NCBI GenBank assembly: GCA_015057275.1 | Contig: SVEO01000008.1 | Span: 5,594-69,593, forward strand | DNA from: Lachnospiraceae bacterium | GTDB taxonomy: Bacteria; Bacillota; Clostridia; Lachnospirales; Lachnospiraceae | Length of the DNA: 64,000 bases | Reading direction: 5' to 3' | Shown here: positions 9,079 to 19,932 of the stretch, one piece after another | Layout of the letters: every line of letters begins with the position of its first letter | Numbering within the stretch: position 1 is the first letter of the stretch | The notes under the pieces: model-generated | The model's input: the letters and a program-made list of their open reading frames with translations, nothing else | Database searches by the model: none | What the model was told of the DNA's origin: nothing | Made by a program: the position numbers and the translations under genes

Positions 9079-10161
9079 ATGAAAAAGAATATTACGGTTA
9101 TTCCGGGCGATGGAATCGGTCCGGAAATCGTGACAGAAGCAAAAAAGGTGCTTGACACAGTCTGTGAAAAGTATGGTCACGAATTTGCATACACAGAGAT
9201 TTTGATGGGCGGATGCTCCATCGACGCTTGCGGTGTGCCTTTGACGGAGGAGGCACTTGCCACAGCGAAGGCTTCTGATGCCGTGCTCTTAGGCGCGGTC
9301 GGCGGCGTGGTCGGCAAGGACAAGTGGTATGAGCTACCGCCGAATTTGCGTCCGGAAGCAGGGCTTTTGGCAATTCGTAAGGGACTTGGTTTATTTGCCA
9401 ACCTTCGCCCGGCTTATCTTTATGATGAACTTAAGTCGGCTTGCCCATTAAAAGAATCGATTGCCGAGGAAGGCTTTGACATGATTGTTGTCAGAGAATT
9501 GACCGGCGGTCTTTACTTCGGAGAGAGAAAGACCGAAGAAATCGACGGTGTTATGACGGCGATTGATACATTAAAATACGATGAAAATGAAATCACTCGT
9601 ATCGCAAAGAAGGCCTTTGAGATTGCCGGCAAGCGCAGAAACAACGTCATCAGCGTAGACAAGGCAAATGTTTTGGACAGCTCCAGACTTTGGAGCAAGG
9701 TAACCGCCGAGGTTGCCAAGGATTATCCGGACGTTACCTTAACAAATATGTTAGTTGACAATTGCGCGATGCAGTTAGTAAAGAATCCGAAGCAGTTCGA
9801 CGTTATATTAACTGAGAACATGTTCGGCGATATTCTTTCCGATGAAGCCAGCATGATTACCGGTTCCATCGGTATGCTGCCGTCTGCCAGCTTAGCAGAA
9901 GGCAAGTTCGGTTTATACGAGCCGAGCCACGGCGCAGCTCCGGATATCGCAGGCAAAAACATTGCCAACCCACTGGCCACCATCTTATCGGCAGCGATGC
10001 TTCTTCGCTACTCCTTTGATATGGACGCGGAAGCAGATGCTGTGGAAGCGGCTGTGCGCCAGGTATTAAAGGACGGTTACAGAACTGTGGATATTATGTC
10101 TGAAGGATGTAAGCTAGTCGGCTGTAGCGAGATGGGTGACTTAATCTGCGAGCGCATCTAG
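9079..10161 (+). CDS. leuB: 3-isopropylmalate dehydrogenase
   Basis: Motifs are [13 protein letters not shown] and [26 protein letters not shown]. Confidence 0.95.
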   Translation: MKKNITVIPGDGIGPEIVTEAKKVLDTVCEKYGHEFAYTEILMGGCSIDACGVPLTEEALATAKASDAVLLGAVGGVVGKDKWYELPPNLRPEAGLLAIRKGLGLFANLRPAYLYDELKSACPLKESIAEEGFDMIVVRELTGGLYFGERKTEEIDGVMTAIDTLKYDENEITRIAKKAFEIAGKRRNNVISVDKANVLDSSRLWSKVTAEVAKDYPDVTLTNMLVDNCAMQLVKNPKQFDVILTENMFGDILSDEASMITGSIGMLPSASLAEGKFGLYEPSHGAAPDIAGKNIANPLATILSAAMLLRYSFDMDAEADAVEAAVRQVLKDGYRTVDIMSEGCKLVGCSEMGDLICERI

Positions 10162-10221
10162 GGCGGCAGATAACTTGATTTGAAAAAACGGATGGCGCTA
10201 AGCGCCGGAATGGAGGTATAT

Positions 10222-11898
10222 ATGAGAAGTGATGCAGTAACAAAGGGTGTTCAGCAGGCACCGCATCGTTCCCTTTTTCATGCCCTCGGCATGACAAAAG
10301 AGGAACTCGAAAGACCTTTGATCGGTATCGTCAGCTCCAAGAATGATATCGTTCCGGGTCATGCTCACCTTGATAAGATAGTAGAAGCTGTAAAGACGGG
10401 TGTACTGATGGCAGGAGGAACACCGATTGTGTTCCCGGCAATTGCCGTATGCGACGGTATTGCGATGGGCCACGTCGGCATGAAGTATTCTCTTGTTACA
10501 AGAGAATTAATTGCAGATTCCACCGAAGCTATGACGATGGCACATCAGTTTGATGCCTTGGTTATGGTTCCAAACTGTGATAAGAATGTACCGGGCTTAT
10601 TGATGGCAGCAGCAAGATTGAATGTGCCGACGATTTTCGTCAGCGGCGGTCCGATGTTGGCTGGTGTTTTAGATAGTGGTAAGAGAACTTGTCTTTCTCA
10701 CATGTTTGAGTGCGTAGGCGCTTACAACTCCGGCAAGATGACGATGGAAGAAGTAGAAGAATACGAGAACAAGGCGTGTCCTTCCTGCGGTTCCTGTTCC
10801 GGTATGTATACCGCAAACTCCATGAACTGCTTAACGGAAGTGTTAGGTATGGGCTTAAAGGGCAACGGCACGATTCCGGCTCCGCTGTCCGAGCGTATCC
10901 GTCTTGCTAAGCATGCGGGTATGAAGATTATGGAATTATTAGAAAAGAATATCCGTCCGAGCGACATTATGACCGAAAAGGCATTTATGAACGCTTTAAC
11001 TGTCGATATGGCTCTCGGCTGTTCGACCAACAGTATGCTTCATTTGCCGGCAATTGCCCATGAAGCAGGCGTTGATTTAAATCTTGAGATTGCAAACGAT
11101 ATCAGTGCAAAGACACCGAACCTTTGCCATCTCGCACCGGCAGGCAATACATATATGGAAGATTTAAATGCTGCCGGCGGTGTATATGCCGTTATGAATG
11201 AATTAAATAAGAAGGGACTTCTCCACACGGATATCATGACCTGTACCGGAAAAACAGTCGGTGAGAACATTGCAAACTGTTTCAACAAGAATCCGGAAAT
11301 CATTCGTCCGATTGAGAATCCGTACAGTGAGACCGGCGGTATTGCTGTATTAAAAGGTAATTTGGCCCCGGATTCCTGCGTTGTAAAGCGTTCCGCCGTG
11401 GCAGAGGAAATGTTAGTCCACTCCGGTCCGGCAAGAGTATTCGATTGCGAAGAAGATGCCATCGCGGCAATTAATGCGGGCAAGATTGTAGCAGGTGATG
11501 TTGTTGTCATCCGTTACGAAGGTCCGAAGGGTGGCCCTGGTATGAGAGAAATGTTAAATCCAACATCTGCCATCGCAGGTATGGGACTTGACAAGGAAGT
11601 TGCACTCATCACTGACGGACGTTTCAGCGGTGCAACCAGAGGTGCTTCCATCGGACACGTATCTCCGGAAGCAGCAGTCGGCGGGCCGATTGCATTCGTG
11701 GAAGAAGGCGATATCATTCATATCGATATTAACAAAAACACGATTGATTTCGAAGTTTCCGATGAGGAATTGGCAGCAAGAAAAGCAAAGTGGCAGCCAA
11801 GACAGCCGAAGATTACTTCCGGCTACTTAAAGCGCTACGCTGCGTTAGTTACATCTGCAAATACAGGTGCGGTATTGAAAGTGCCGGGCGAAGAATAA
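10222..11898 (+). CDS. ilvD: Dihydroxy-acid dehydratase
   Basis: Motifs are [22 protein letters not shown] and [21 protein letters not shown] precedes ATG 10222, so the ORF-track start at 10180 is probably an upstream extension. Confidence 0.93.
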   Translation: MRSDAVTKGVQQAPHRSLFHALGMTKEELERPLIGIVSSKNDIVPGHAHLDKIVEAVKTGVLMAGGTPIVFPAIAVCDGIAMGHVGMKYSLVTRELIADSTEAMTMAHQFDALVMVPNCDKNVPGLLMAAARLNVPTIFVSGGPMLAGVLDSGKRTCLSHMFECVGAYNSGKMTMEEVEEYENKACPSCGSCSGMYTANSMNCLTEVLGMGLKGNGTIPAPLSERIRLAKHAGMKIMELLEKNIRPSDIMTEKAFMNALTVDMALGCSTNSMLHLPAIAHEAGVDLNLEIANDISAKTPNLCHLAPAGNTYMEDLNAAGGVYAVMNELNKKGLLHTDIMTCTGKTVGENIANCFNKNPEIIRPIENPYSETGGIAVLKGNLAPDSCVVKRSAVAEEMLVHSGPARVFDCEEDAIAAINAGKIVAGDVVVIRYEGPKGGPGMREMLNPTSAIAGMGLDKEVALITDGRFSGATRGASIGHVSPEAAVGGPIAFVEEGDIIHIDINKNTIDFEVSDEELAARKAKWQPRQPKITSGYLKRYAALVTSANTGAVLKVPGEE

Positions 11899-11920
11899 AA
11901 GTTAGGAGGCAGTATAATTT

Positions 11921-13612
11921 ATGAAGTTAACAGGTTCAGAAATTATCGTAGAATGTTTAAAAGAACAGGGTGTTGATACCGTATTCGGTTATCCGGGCGG
12001 TACCATCTTAAATGTATACGATGCATTGTATAAGCATCAGGATGAAATCACACATTACTTAACATCTCACGAGCAGGGAGCCGCTCACGCAGCAGACGGT
12101 TACGCTCGTGCAACAGGTAAGGTCGGTGTTTGTATGGCAACCTCCGGTCCGGGTGCAACAAACCTTGTTACCGGTATTGCAACTGCATACATGGATTCCA
12201 TCCCGGTAGTAGCAATCACTGCAAACGTAGCAAAGACAGGGCTTGGCAAGGACTCCTTCCAGGAAATCGATATCGTTGGCGTTACGATGCCAATCACAAA
12301 GCACAACTTTATTGTAAAAAACATCGAAGAATTAGCTCCGACCATCCGCAAGGCATTTCAGATTGCTCAGAGCGGCAGAAAAGGTCCGGTTCTCGTGGAC
12401 GTAACAAAGGACGTTACCGCTGCAATGTATGAATATGAAGCGGTTGCACCGGAAGCCATTGCTCCGATGACTGAAAAGATTACCGAAGCTGATATCGATA
12501 AGGTGGCTGGTTACATAAATAAAGCAAAGAAGCCGTTCATCTACGTAGGTGGTGGTGCAATTCTTTCTGATGCAGCAGAGGAAATTCGTGAATTTGCACA
12601 CAAGATTGGTGCTCCGGTTTGCGACTCCTTAATGGGTAAGGGTGCATTCGACGGTACCGACGAATTATACACAGGTATGATCGGTATGCACGGTACAAAG
12701 GCAAGTAACTTAGGTGTTACAAAGTGTGACCTTTTAATTGCGCTCGGTGCAAGATTCTCCGATCGTGTAACAGGTAATCCAAATACATTTGCCAAGAATG
12801 CGGCAATCGTACAGATTGACGTAGACTCCGCAGAAGTGAACAAGAACGTATTAACATCTGCCAGCGTCATCGGCGATGTAAAAGAAGTATTAAAGCAGAT
12901 GTTACCAAAGATCGAAGAAGTAGACCGCAGCGAATGGATTAACGAAGTGAAGGAAATCTCTGCAAAGTTCCCGTTAAAGTACAACCAGGATGCTTTGACC
13001 GGTCCTTACGTAATCGAAAAGCTGTATGAAGTTACCGAAGGTGATGCGATTATCACAACAGACGTTGGTCAGCATCAGATGTGGGCTGCACAGTTCTACA
13101 AATATAAGAACCCAAGGACATTACTTTCTTCCGGCGGACTTGGTACTATGGGCTATGGTGTTGGTGCATGTATCGGTGCTAAGGTAGCAAAGAAGGATAA
13201 GACAGTTGTAAATATTGCAGGAGATGGTTGCTTCCGTATGAATATGAACGAAATCGCAACCGCTACCCGTTACAATATCCCAATCGTGCAGATTGTATTG
13301 AACAATCATGTTCTTGGTATGGTACGCCAGTGGCAGACATTATTCTACGGCAAGCGTTATTCCCAGACAATGCTCAACGACCAGGTTGATTTTGTAAAGA
13401 TCGCTGAAGGTATGGGCGCAAAGGCTTACCGCGTGACAAAGAAGGAAGATGTGGAACCGGTTCTGCGTGAAGCAATTTCCTTAAATATTCCGGTTGTTGT
13501 CGAAGTTATGATTGACAGTGATGATAAGGTATTCCCGATGGTGGCACCGAACGGTTCCATTTCGGAAGCATTTGCAGAAGAAGATTTAGCGGCAAGAGGT
13601 TTACAGCAGTAG
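11921..13612 (+). CDS. ilvB: Acetolactate synthase, large (catalytic) subunit
   Basis: The TPP enzyme pattern is present: GYPGG, GPGATN, and GLGTMGYG...GDGCFRMN. Confidence 0.9.
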   Translation: MKLTGSEIIVECLKEQGVDTVFGYPGGTILNVYDALYKHQDEITHYLTSHEQGAAHAADGYARATGKVGVCMATSGPGATNLVTGIATAYMDSIPVVAITANVAKTGLGKDSFQEIDIVGVTMPITKHNFIVKNIEELAPTIRKAFQIAQSGRKGPVLVDVTKDVTAAMYEYEAVAPEAIAPMTEKITEADIDKVAGYINKAKKPFIYVGGGAILSDAAEEIREFAHKIGAPVCDSLMGKGAFDGTDELYTGMIGMHGTKASNLGVTKCDLLIALGARFSDRVTGNPNTFAKNAAIVQIDVDSAEVNKNVLTSASVIGDVKEVLKQMLPKIEEVDRSEWINEVKEISAKFPLKYNQDALTGPYVIEKLYEVTEGDAIITTDVGQHQMWAAQFYKYKNPRTLLSSGGLGTMGYGVGACIGAKVAKKDKTVVNIAGDGCFRMNMNEIATATRYNIPIVQIVLNNHVLGMVRQWQTLFYGKRYSQTMLNDQVDFVKIAEGMGAKAYRVTKKEDVEPVLREAISLNIPVVVEVMIDSDDKVFPMVAPNGSISEAFAEEDLAARGLQQ

Positions 13613-13624
13613 GAGGATAAGACG

Positions 13625-14707
13625 GTGAGTAGAGTGTACAATTTTTCCGCAGGCCCGGCAGTGTTGCCTGAGGAAGTATTAAAAGAAGCAGCAGATGAAA
13701 TGTTAAACTATAAAGGAACCGGCATGTCTGTGATGGAGATGAGTCATCGTTCCAAAGCATATCAGCAGATTATCGACGAGGCAGAGCAGGATTTAAGAGA
13801 TTTATTGAACATCCCTGACAATTACAAAGTATTGTTCTTGCAGGGCGGTGCATCCTTACAGTTTGCTATGATCCCGATGAACCTAATGAAGAATGGTGTA
13901 GCTGACTATATCGTGACAGGTCAGTGGGCAAAGAAGGCATATCAGGAAGCTTGTATTTATGGTAAGGCAAATGCCATCGCGTCATCTGCGGATAAGACAT
14001 TCTCTTATATTCCGGATTGCTCCGATTTGCCAATCAGCGAGGATGCAGACTACGTCTATATTTGTGAAAATAATACAATTTACGGAACAAAGTTTAAGAC
14101 ACTTCCGAATACAAAGGGTAAGACGTTGGTAGCGGATGTATCTTCCTGCTTTTTGTCCGAGCCGATGGACGTAGAAAAGTACGGCGTGATTTATGGCGGC
14201 GTACAGAAAAATATCGGTCCGGCAGGTGTTGTGATTGCCATTATCCGCGAGGATTTAATCACAGAAGACACACTTCCGGGAACCCCGACGATGATGAAGT
14301 ATAAGATTCATGCTGACAACGGCTCCTTATACAACACACCGCCGGCCTACGGTATTTATATTTGTGGTAAAGTATTTAAATGGTTAAAGAAGATGGGCGG
14401 TCTTTCGGTAATGAAGGAGCGCAATGAAGCCAAGGCTAAGATTTTATATGATTTCCTCGACCAGAGCGAATTGTTTAAGGGCACCGTACGCAAGGAAGAC
14501 CGTTCTTTGATGAACATACCATTCATTACCGGCGATGCTGATTTGGATGCAAAGTTTGTAAAAGAGGCAAAGGCTGCCGGGCTTGAAAACTTGAAAGGAC
14601 ATAGAAGTGTGGGCGGCATGAGAGCAAGTATTTACAATGCAATGCCAATCGAAGGCGTGCAGGCGCTTGTTGACTTTATGAAGAAGTTCGAAGAGGAAAA
14701 TAAATAA
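13625..14707 (+). CDS. serC: Phosphoserine aminotransferase
   Basis: Motifs are YNFSAGPAVLPEEVL and GGVQKNIGPAG (PLP lysine context). It has a GTG start 8 nt after AGGAGG. Confidence 0.93.
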   Translation: MSRVYNFSAGPAVLPEEVLKEAADEMLNYKGTGMSVMEMSHRSKAYQQIIDEAEQDLRDLLNIPDNYKVLFLQGGASLQFAMIPMNLMKNGVADYIVTGQWAKKAYQEACIYGKANAIASSADKTFSYIPDCSDLPISEDADYVYICENNTIYGTKFKTLPNTKGKTLVADVSSCFLSEPMDVEKYGVIYGGVQKNIGPAGVVIAIIREDLITEDTLPGTPTMMKYKIHADNGSLYNTPPAYGIYICGKVFKWLKKMGGLSVMKERNEAKAKILYDFLDQSELFKGTVRKEDRSLMNIPFITGDADLDAKFVKEAKAAGLENLKGHRSVGGMRASIYNAMPIEGVQALVDFMKKFEEENK

Positions 14708-14730
14708 AACAGCTTTGGAGGAAATGACAG

Positions 14731-15894
14731 ATGTACAAAATTAATTGTTTAAATCCAATTGCTTCGGTCGGCTTAAATTTGCTGACAGAAGATTATGAGA
14801 AAGTTGATAATTTTGCAGAAGCGGATGCTGTGCTCGTGCGCAGCGCTGCGATGCATAATACGGAAATGCCGGAGCAGCTTCTTGCAGTAGCCAGAGCAGG
14901 TGCCGGTGTAAACAACATTCCGCTTGATGTATGTGCAGACAAAGGAATTGTCGTATTCAATACACCGGGAGCAAATGCTAACGGCGTGAAAGAGTTAGTA
15001 ATCGCAGCAATGCTCCTTGCTTCCCGTGATATCGCAGGTGGTATCGAATGGGTTAAGTCAGCAAAGAATGAAGCAGATATTGCCAAGCTCGCAGAAAAGA
15101 CAAAGAAAAACTTTGCCGGCAGCGAGATTATGGGCAAGACACTCGGTGTTATCGGTCTCGGTGCTATTGGTGCCAAGGTTGCTAACGCAGCTCTTTCTCT
15201 CGGAATGGAAGTCATCGGTTATGACCCGTTTTTATCCGTTACCGGTGCATTAGCATTATCCAGAAGAGTGCAGGTCGTAAAGACACTTGATGAAATCTAT
15301 GCAGCCTGTGACTATATCACGATTCATGTGCCGGCATTAAAGGACACGACCGGCATGATTAATGCAGAATCCATCGCTAAGATGAAAGATAACGTTGTCA
15401 TCATCAATCTCGCTAGAGATCTTTTGGTAAACGAAGGTGATATGGCAGAGGCATTAAAGTCCGGCAAGGTGAAAAAGTATGTAACTGACTTCCCAAATCC
15501 GGTATCTGCGAACATGGAAGGAGCTATCGTCATCCCTCACCTCGGTGCATCAACGGAAGAATCCGAAGATAACTGTGCGGTAATGGCAGTAAAGCAGTTA
15601 AGAGAATATTTGGAAAACGGTAACATTGTAAATTCTGTAAACTACCCGAACTGCTCTAACGGAATTTGTACACATGCGGGCCGCGTGACTATTTTACATA
15701 AGAATATTCCGAACATGCTGACACAGTTTACTGCCGCATTTGCAAAAGACGGTGTAAACATTTCTGAGATGGTAAACAAGAGCCGTGGCGAATATGCATA
15801 CACGATTCTCGACTATGATAGCGAATCTCCGGCAACCATCGTGGAGGATTTGATGAAGATTGACGGTGTAATTAAGGCTAGAGTCATTAAATAA
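14731..15894 (+). CDS. serA: D-3-phosphoglycerate dehydrogenase
   Basis: The NAD fold is GVIGLGAIGAKVA. Other evidence is HVPALKDT, PHLGASTEE and a C-terminal ACT-like domain. It is adjacent to serC. Confidence 0.9.
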   Translation: MYKINCLNPIASVGLNLLTEDYEKVDNFAEADAVLVRSAAMHNTEMPEQLLAVARAGAGVNNIPLDVCADKGIVVFNTPGANANGVKELVIAAMLLASRDIAGGIEWVKSAKNEADIAKLAEKTKKNFAGSEIMGKTLGVIGLGAIGAKVANAALSLGMEVIGYDPFLSVTGALALSRRVQVVKTLDEIYAACDYITIHVPALKDTTGMINAESIAKMKDNVVIINLARDLLVNEGDMAEALKSGKVKKYVTDFPNPVSANMEGAIVIPHLGASTEESEDNCAVMAVKQLREYLENGNIVNSVNYPNCSNGICTHAGRVTILHKNIPNMLTQFTAAFAKDGVNISEMVNKSRGEYAYTILDYDSESPATIVEDLMKIDGVIKARVIK

Positions 15895-15944
15895 TACGAT
15901 ATGTTGCAAAAGCAGCAATAACATATTATAATTAGGAGGCTATT

Positions 15945-16802
15945 ATGTTACTTTTAAATGCAGACACTCAGGAAGTAATCAAAGAAGCAAATGTGCTTCT
16001 TGAGACAATTGAAGGGTACATTCCAAAGTTAATCGGTTTCGGTGTAAACGTACTGATTGCCCTTCTCATTTTCTTTGTCGGCAAGATTATCATCAGCTTA
16101 GTATTGAAGCTTGTGGGCAAACTTATGAAGCGTGCAAACATTGATGAGAGCGTAACAAAGTTCTTAGATTCCGTGCTCAAAGTGGTGATGTACATTATCC
16201 TCTTAATCATCATTTGCAGCAAGATTGGTATTGAAACCACATCCATCATCGCAATCTTTACCTCTGCATCCTTGGCAGTAGGTCTTGCTTTACAGGGGGC
16301 ACTGTCCAACTTTGCAGGCGGCGTGATGATTTTACTTATGAGACCTTTTAAGGTTGGCGACTATATCTCTGCCAACGGTGTAGAAGGTGTGGTAGAGCGT
16401 ATCGACTTATTCTACACAAGATTAGTTACAGTTGATAACAAGCTTGTGCTTGTACCGAACGGCGAAGTTACCTCTGCAAAGCTGACAAATGTTACCGCTT
16501 TTGACACAAGAAGAGTAGATTTGAACTTCTCTATCGGCTACGGCGAGGATATCGACAAGGCAAGAGCAGTCATTGCATCCACCATCGCACGATGTGAAAC
16601 AGCACTTCATGTTCCGGAAGATGCTATTTTAGTCAGCGAACTTGGCAATTCCGGCGTGGTAATCCAGACGCGTACTTGGACAAAGACCGCAGATTACTGG
16701 ACAACCTATTTCTTCATTCAGGAGAATGTGAAGAAGGCGCTCGACAGCAACAAGATTAATATTCCATATAATCAGATTGATGTTCACATTGTTGAGAAAT
16801 AA
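15945..16802 (+). CDS. Small-conductance mechanosensitive channel (MscS family)
   Basis: It has three N-terminal TM segments, followed by LMRPFKVGDYI and LVTVDNKLVLVPNGEV. Confidence 0.85.
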   Translation: MLLLNADTQEVIKEANVLLETIEGYIPKLIGFGVNVLIALLIFFVGKIIISLVLKLVGKLMKRANIDESVTKFLDSVLKVVMYIILLIIICSKIGIETTSIIAIFTSASLAVGLALQGALSNFAGGVMILLMRPFKVGDYISANGVEGVVERIDLFYTRLVTVDNKLVLVPNGEVTSAKLTNVTAFDTRRVDLNFSIGYGEDIDKARAVIASTIARCETALHVPEDAILVSELGNSGVVIQTRTWTKTADYWTTYFFIQENVKKALDSNKINIPYNQIDVHIVEK

Positions 16803-16824
16803 GAAAATTCTTAGATTTCAAGTG

Positions 16825-16857
16825 ACCGGCACAGCAGATTGGCTGTGTCGGTTTTTT
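16825..16857 (+). terminator. Intrinsic terminator after the mscS-like gene
   Basis: The stem ACCGGCACAGC / GCTGTGTCGGT is followed by a T-run. Confidence 0.75.
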
Positions 16858-16910
16858 ACCACTAAGCTTTAGCTTTCATGCAAAAGATTGTGTGATATTA
16901 AAAAAAATGC

Positions 16911-16938
16911 TTGCATTTTCAGAAATCTCTGTTATAAT
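16911..16938 (+). promoter_or_regulatory. Sigma-A promoter for tRNA-Glu
   Basis: TTGCAT (16911-16916), a 16-nt spacer, then an extended -10 TGTTATAAT (TATAAT at 16933-16938). Confidence 0.6.
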
Positions 16939-16951
16939 ACATAAAGTATTC

Positions 16952-17023
16952 GGCCTGTTGGTCAAGCGGTCAAGACGCCGCCCTCTCACGGCGGAAACAG
17001 GGGTTCGATTCCCCTACAGGCTG
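16952..17023 (+). tRNA. tRNA-Glu (anticodon CTC)
   Basis: A hand-folded cloverleaf gives acceptor GGCCTGT/ACAGGCT, anticodon stem CCGCC/GGCGG with loop CTCTCAC, and T-arm AGGGG-TTCGATT-CCCCT. No CCA is encoded. Confidence 0.85.
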
Positions 17024-17026
17024 TTG

Positions 17027-17059
17027 GAAGCTCCAGACTATGTCGGGAGCTTTCTTTTT
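17027..17059 (+). terminator. Hairpin plus T-run after tRNA-Glu
   Basis: The stem AAGCTCC (17028-17034) / GGAGCTT (17046-17052) is followed by TCTTTTT. Confidence 0.55.
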
Positions 17060-17074
17060 AAATTTTATATCCCT

Positions 17075-17306
17075 AACACGTTGATGAGACGAGTAGAGAA
17101 AACAGAAACAGACAGAGAATTGCACCTTGGCTGGAAGTGCATATGCGGAGTTTTCTTGAAAACTACCTCGGAGTGGCCCTAATCCGGCCCGGTAATTCCG
17201 TTACCATTATTTGAGTGATTCTAGAAATAGAATAATTAGGGTGGAACCACGAATTTTAAGCGTCCCTTTCGAATGCGTTATGCATTCGGAAGGGCGTTTG
17301 TGTTTT
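17075..17306 (+). promoter_or_regulatory. T-box riboswitch leader (threonine specifier) controlling thrS
   Basis: Stem I elements are present (GA/K-turn-like TGATGAG, and an AGAGA box in GACAGAGAA). The specifier region AACUACCU contains Thr codons ACU/ACC. The conserved T-box AATTAGGGTGGAACCACG lies at 17234-17251, followed by a terminator hairpin at 17261-17306 ending in a T-run. Confidence 0.85.
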
Positions 17307-17333
17307 AAAAGCAAAAAGAAAGGAAGAAAAACG

Positions 17334-19286
17334 ATGAAGATTTCATTAAAAGACGGCTCTGTAAAAGAGTATGCAGGTGCAATGAGTGTCATTGACATTG
17401 CAAAGGATATCAGCGAAGGCTTAGCAAGAATGGCTTGTGCAGGCGAAGTAAACGGAAAGGTTGTGGACCTTCGTACCGTGATTGAGGACGATTGCACATT
17501 AAACATTCTCACATTCAACGATGAGGAAGGTAAGGCTGCATACCGTCATACCACATCTCATGTTTTGGCGCAGGCAGTAAAGAATTTATATCCGGAAGCA
17601 AAGCTTGCCATCGGACCGTCTATCGAAAACGGTTTCTACTATGATTTCGAATGTGCACCGTTTACGAGAGATGATTTAAATAAAATCGAAGCTGAGATGA
17701 AGAAAATCATCAAGCAGAACGATAAGCTCGAGCGCTTCACATTGCCGAGAGCAGAAGCAATTAAGTTCATGGAAGAAAAGGGAGAGCCTTATAAGGTGCA
17801 GCTGATTTTAGACTTGCCGGAGGATGCAGAGCTTTCCTTCTACAAGCAGGGCGAATTCGTAGACCTTTGCGCAGGCCCGCACTTGATGTCTACCGGCGCC
17901 ATCAAGGCATTCAAGTTAATTTCTTCTTCCGCAGCATACTGGAGAGGAAATTCCAACAACCAGACATTAACTCGTGTTTACGGCACATCCTATACAAAGA
18001 AGGCTGATTTAGATGCATATCTTGAGCATTTAGAGGATATCAAGAAGAGAGACCACAACAAGCTCGGCCGTGAAATGGAACTGTTCGCAACCGTCGATGT
18101 GATTGGTCAGGGGCTGCCTTTATTATTGCCGAAGGGTGCGAAGATGATTCAGACGATGCAGCGCTGGATTGAAGATGAAGAAGAAAAACGTGGTTACATG
18201 CGTACAAAGACGCCATTAATGGCAAAGAAGGATTTGTATGTGATTTCCGACCACTGGGGACACTATAAGGAAGGTATGTTTGTGCTCGGAGACGAGGAAA
18301 AGGATGATGAAGTATTTGCACTGCGTCCGATGACATGCCCATTCCAATATTTTGTATACAAGCAGAGCCCAAAGAGCTACCGCGACCTGCCATGCCGCTA
18401 CGGCGAGACATCGACACTCTTCCGTAACGAGGACTCCGGCGAAATGCATGGACTTACCCGTGTGCGCCAGTTCACGATTTCTGAGGGTCACTTGATTGTA
18501 ACTCCGGAGCAGGTAGAAGAAGAATTTAAAAACTGTTTGGACTTAGCGGTTTATTGCTTAAGAACCTTAGGCGTAGAAGAAGATGTAACGTACCGTTTCT
18601 CTAAGTGGGACCCGAACAACAAGGAAAAGTATCTTGGCGACGAAGCTCAGTGGGAAAAGACACAGGGCAGAATGAGAGAAATTTTAAACAATCTCGGTTT
18701 GACTTTCACAGAAGAAGAAGGCGAAGCGGCATTCTATGGGCCGAAGTTAGATATTCAGGCGAAGAATGTTTACGGCAAAGAAGATACGATGATTACCATT
18801 CAGCTTGACTTTGCATTGGCTGAGCGTTTCGATATGACTTATATTGATGCAAACGGTGAAAAGAAACGTCCGTTCATCATTCACAGAACAAGCATGGGCT
18901 GCTACGAGAGAACTCTTGCATGGTTAATCGAAAAGTATGCCGGCTTATTCCCGACATGGCTCTGCCCGGAACAGGTAAGAGTATTGCCGATTTCCGAAAA
19001 GTATCATGACTACGCGAACAAGGTAGCTGCAGAATTAAAGGAAAACGGTATCTTATGTACCGTTGACGAACGCAGCGAAAAGATTGGTTATAAAATTCGT
19101 CAGACAAGACTCGACCGTGTACCTTACATGCTCGTAGTTGGTCAGAAGGAAGAAGAAGAAGGCAAGGTTTCCGTAAGAAGCAGATACCTTGGTGACGAAG
19201 GACAGAAGGACTTGAGCGAATTTATCGATGCCATCTGCAAGGAAATCCGCACAAAGGAAATTCGCAAAATCGAAGTGACAGAGTAA
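17334..19286 (+). CDS. thrS: Threonine--tRNA ligase
   Basis: MKISLKDGSVKEY is a TGS-domain start. Other evidence is the editing-domain RHTTSHVLAQA, class II core motifs, and an anticodon-binding C-terminus. The ORF-track start at 17211 lies inside the T-box leader, so ATG 17334 is the likely true start. Confidence 0.95.
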   Translation: MKISLKDGSVKEYAGAMSVIDIAKDISEGLARMACAGEVNGKVVDLRTVIEDDCTLNILTFNDEEGKAAYRHTTSHVLAQAVKNLYPEAKLAIGPSIENGFYYDFECAPFTRDDLNKIEAEMKKIIKQNDKLERFTLPRAEAIKFMEEKGEPYKVQLILDLPEDAELSFYKQGEFVDLCAGPHLMSTGAIKAFKLISSSAAYWRGNSNNQTLTRVYGTSYTKKADLDAYLEHLEDIKKRDHNKLGREMELFATVDVIGQGLPLLLPKGAKMIQTMQRWIEDEEEKRGYMRTKTPLMAKKDLYVISDHWGHYKEGMFVLGDEEKDDEVFALRPMTCPFQYFVYKQSPKSYRDLPCRYGETSTLFRNEDSGEMHGLTRVRQFTISEGHLIVTPEQVEEEFKNCLDLAVYCLRTLGVEEDVTYRFSKWDPNNKEKYLGDEAQWEKTQGRMREILNNLGLTFTEEEGEAAFYGPKLDIQAKNVYGKEDTMITIQLDFALAERFDMTYIDANGEKKRPFIIHRTSMGCYERTLAWLIEKYAGLFPTWLCPEQVRVLPISEKYHDYANKVAAELKENGILCTVDERSEKIGYKIRQTRLDRVPYMLVVGQKEEEEGKVSVRSRYLGDEGQKDLSEFIDAICKEIRTKEIRKIEVTE

Positions 19287-19376
19287 AAATTTTAAAATTT
19301 GCATAAAAATTTTTCACACGGCGCAGACTAGTTCAGGGAAGCGTTTGCAAGCGTTCTCAGAAAGGATGATAAGGAT

Positions 19377-19703
19377 ATGCCAAGATTAGACTGTAGTGTG
19401 AAAACCTGTTATTACAACAAAGAAAACCGCTGCTGCCGCGAAGGAATCAAAGTAGAAGGTGCCGATGCGATGAATGCAAGGAGCACGGCGTGCGGAAGCT
19501 TCCGTGAGCGCCAGATGGAGACTGCAAAGAATGAGTGCGGATGCCGCACAGCACCGGAGCAGCGTCTGGAGGTAGCGTGTGATGCCGTAAAATGTATCTA
19601 TAATGATAATCATGTATGCTCTGCAGAGCATATCGGCATTGCAGGAAACGGAGCAAAGCATGCCAAAGATACTGAGTGTGCAAGCTTCGTAAACGAAAAA
19701 TAA
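19377..19703 (+). CDS. DUF1540-type Cys-rich small protein
   Basis: The motif C-x-V-x-x-C-x-Y-N ... C ... I occurs twice (CSVKTCYYNKENRCC and CDAVKCIYNDNHVCSAEHI). Confidence 0.6.
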   Translation: MPRLDCSVKTCYYNKENRCCREGIKVEGADAMNARSTACGSFRERQMETAKNECGCRTAPEQRLEVACDAVKCIYNDNHVCSAEHIGIAGNGAKHAKDTECASFVNEK

Positions 19704-19719
19704 TTTTTGTAAAAAAAAG

Positions 19720-19748
19720 TTGACAATCCCGCCGCACTATGATAAAGT
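19720..19748 (+). promoter_or_regulatory. Sigma-A promoter of the infC-rpmI-rplT operon
   Basis: TTGACA (19720-19725), a 17-nt spacer, then TGaTAAAGT (an extended -10, hexamer at 19743-19748). Confidence 0.6.
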
Positions 19749-19754
19749 GTAGGA

Positions 19755-19901
19755 GTTGCAAAGCAAGAAGAGTATCCACTCTCACCCTGACACACAGGTG
19801 CTCAGGCGTTCATAGTGCGGTGTATTGTCGGCTGATTTTATGTCGATTTACATAATTATGGATTTGAGTGTGGGTAAGTAGATTGCTTATCCACTTTTTT
19901 T
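19755..19901 (+). promoter_or_regulatory. L20 ribosomal-protein leader (attenuator) upstream of infC
   Basis: This is a structured ~150-nt leader between the promoter and infC. It ends in the terminator hairpin GTGGGTAAG (19870-19878) / CTTATCCAC (19886-19894) plus a T7 run. Position and layout match the Firmicutes L20 leader. The call rests on context and hairpins, not a covariance model. Confidence 0.55.
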
Positions 19902-19932
19902 GCGGGGACACTGGTTATGGAGGTGCAGTACT

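Noticed and set aside
10180-10221. An upstream ATG extension of ilvD ([14 protein letters not shown]...).
   Set aside because: The family-conserved N-terminus begins at MRSDAVTKG, and GGAGG sits just before ATG 10222.
11921-13624. No acetolactate synthase small subunit (ilvN/ilvH) follows ilvB; serC follows directly.
   Set aside because: The regulatory subunit can be encoded elsewhere or be absent. This is gene-order variation, not an anomaly I can support from the window.
16892-17182. A 96-aa ORF in the track.
   Set aside because: It spans the tRNA-Glu gene, its terminator and stem I of the thrS T-box leader. The RNA features explain this sequence.
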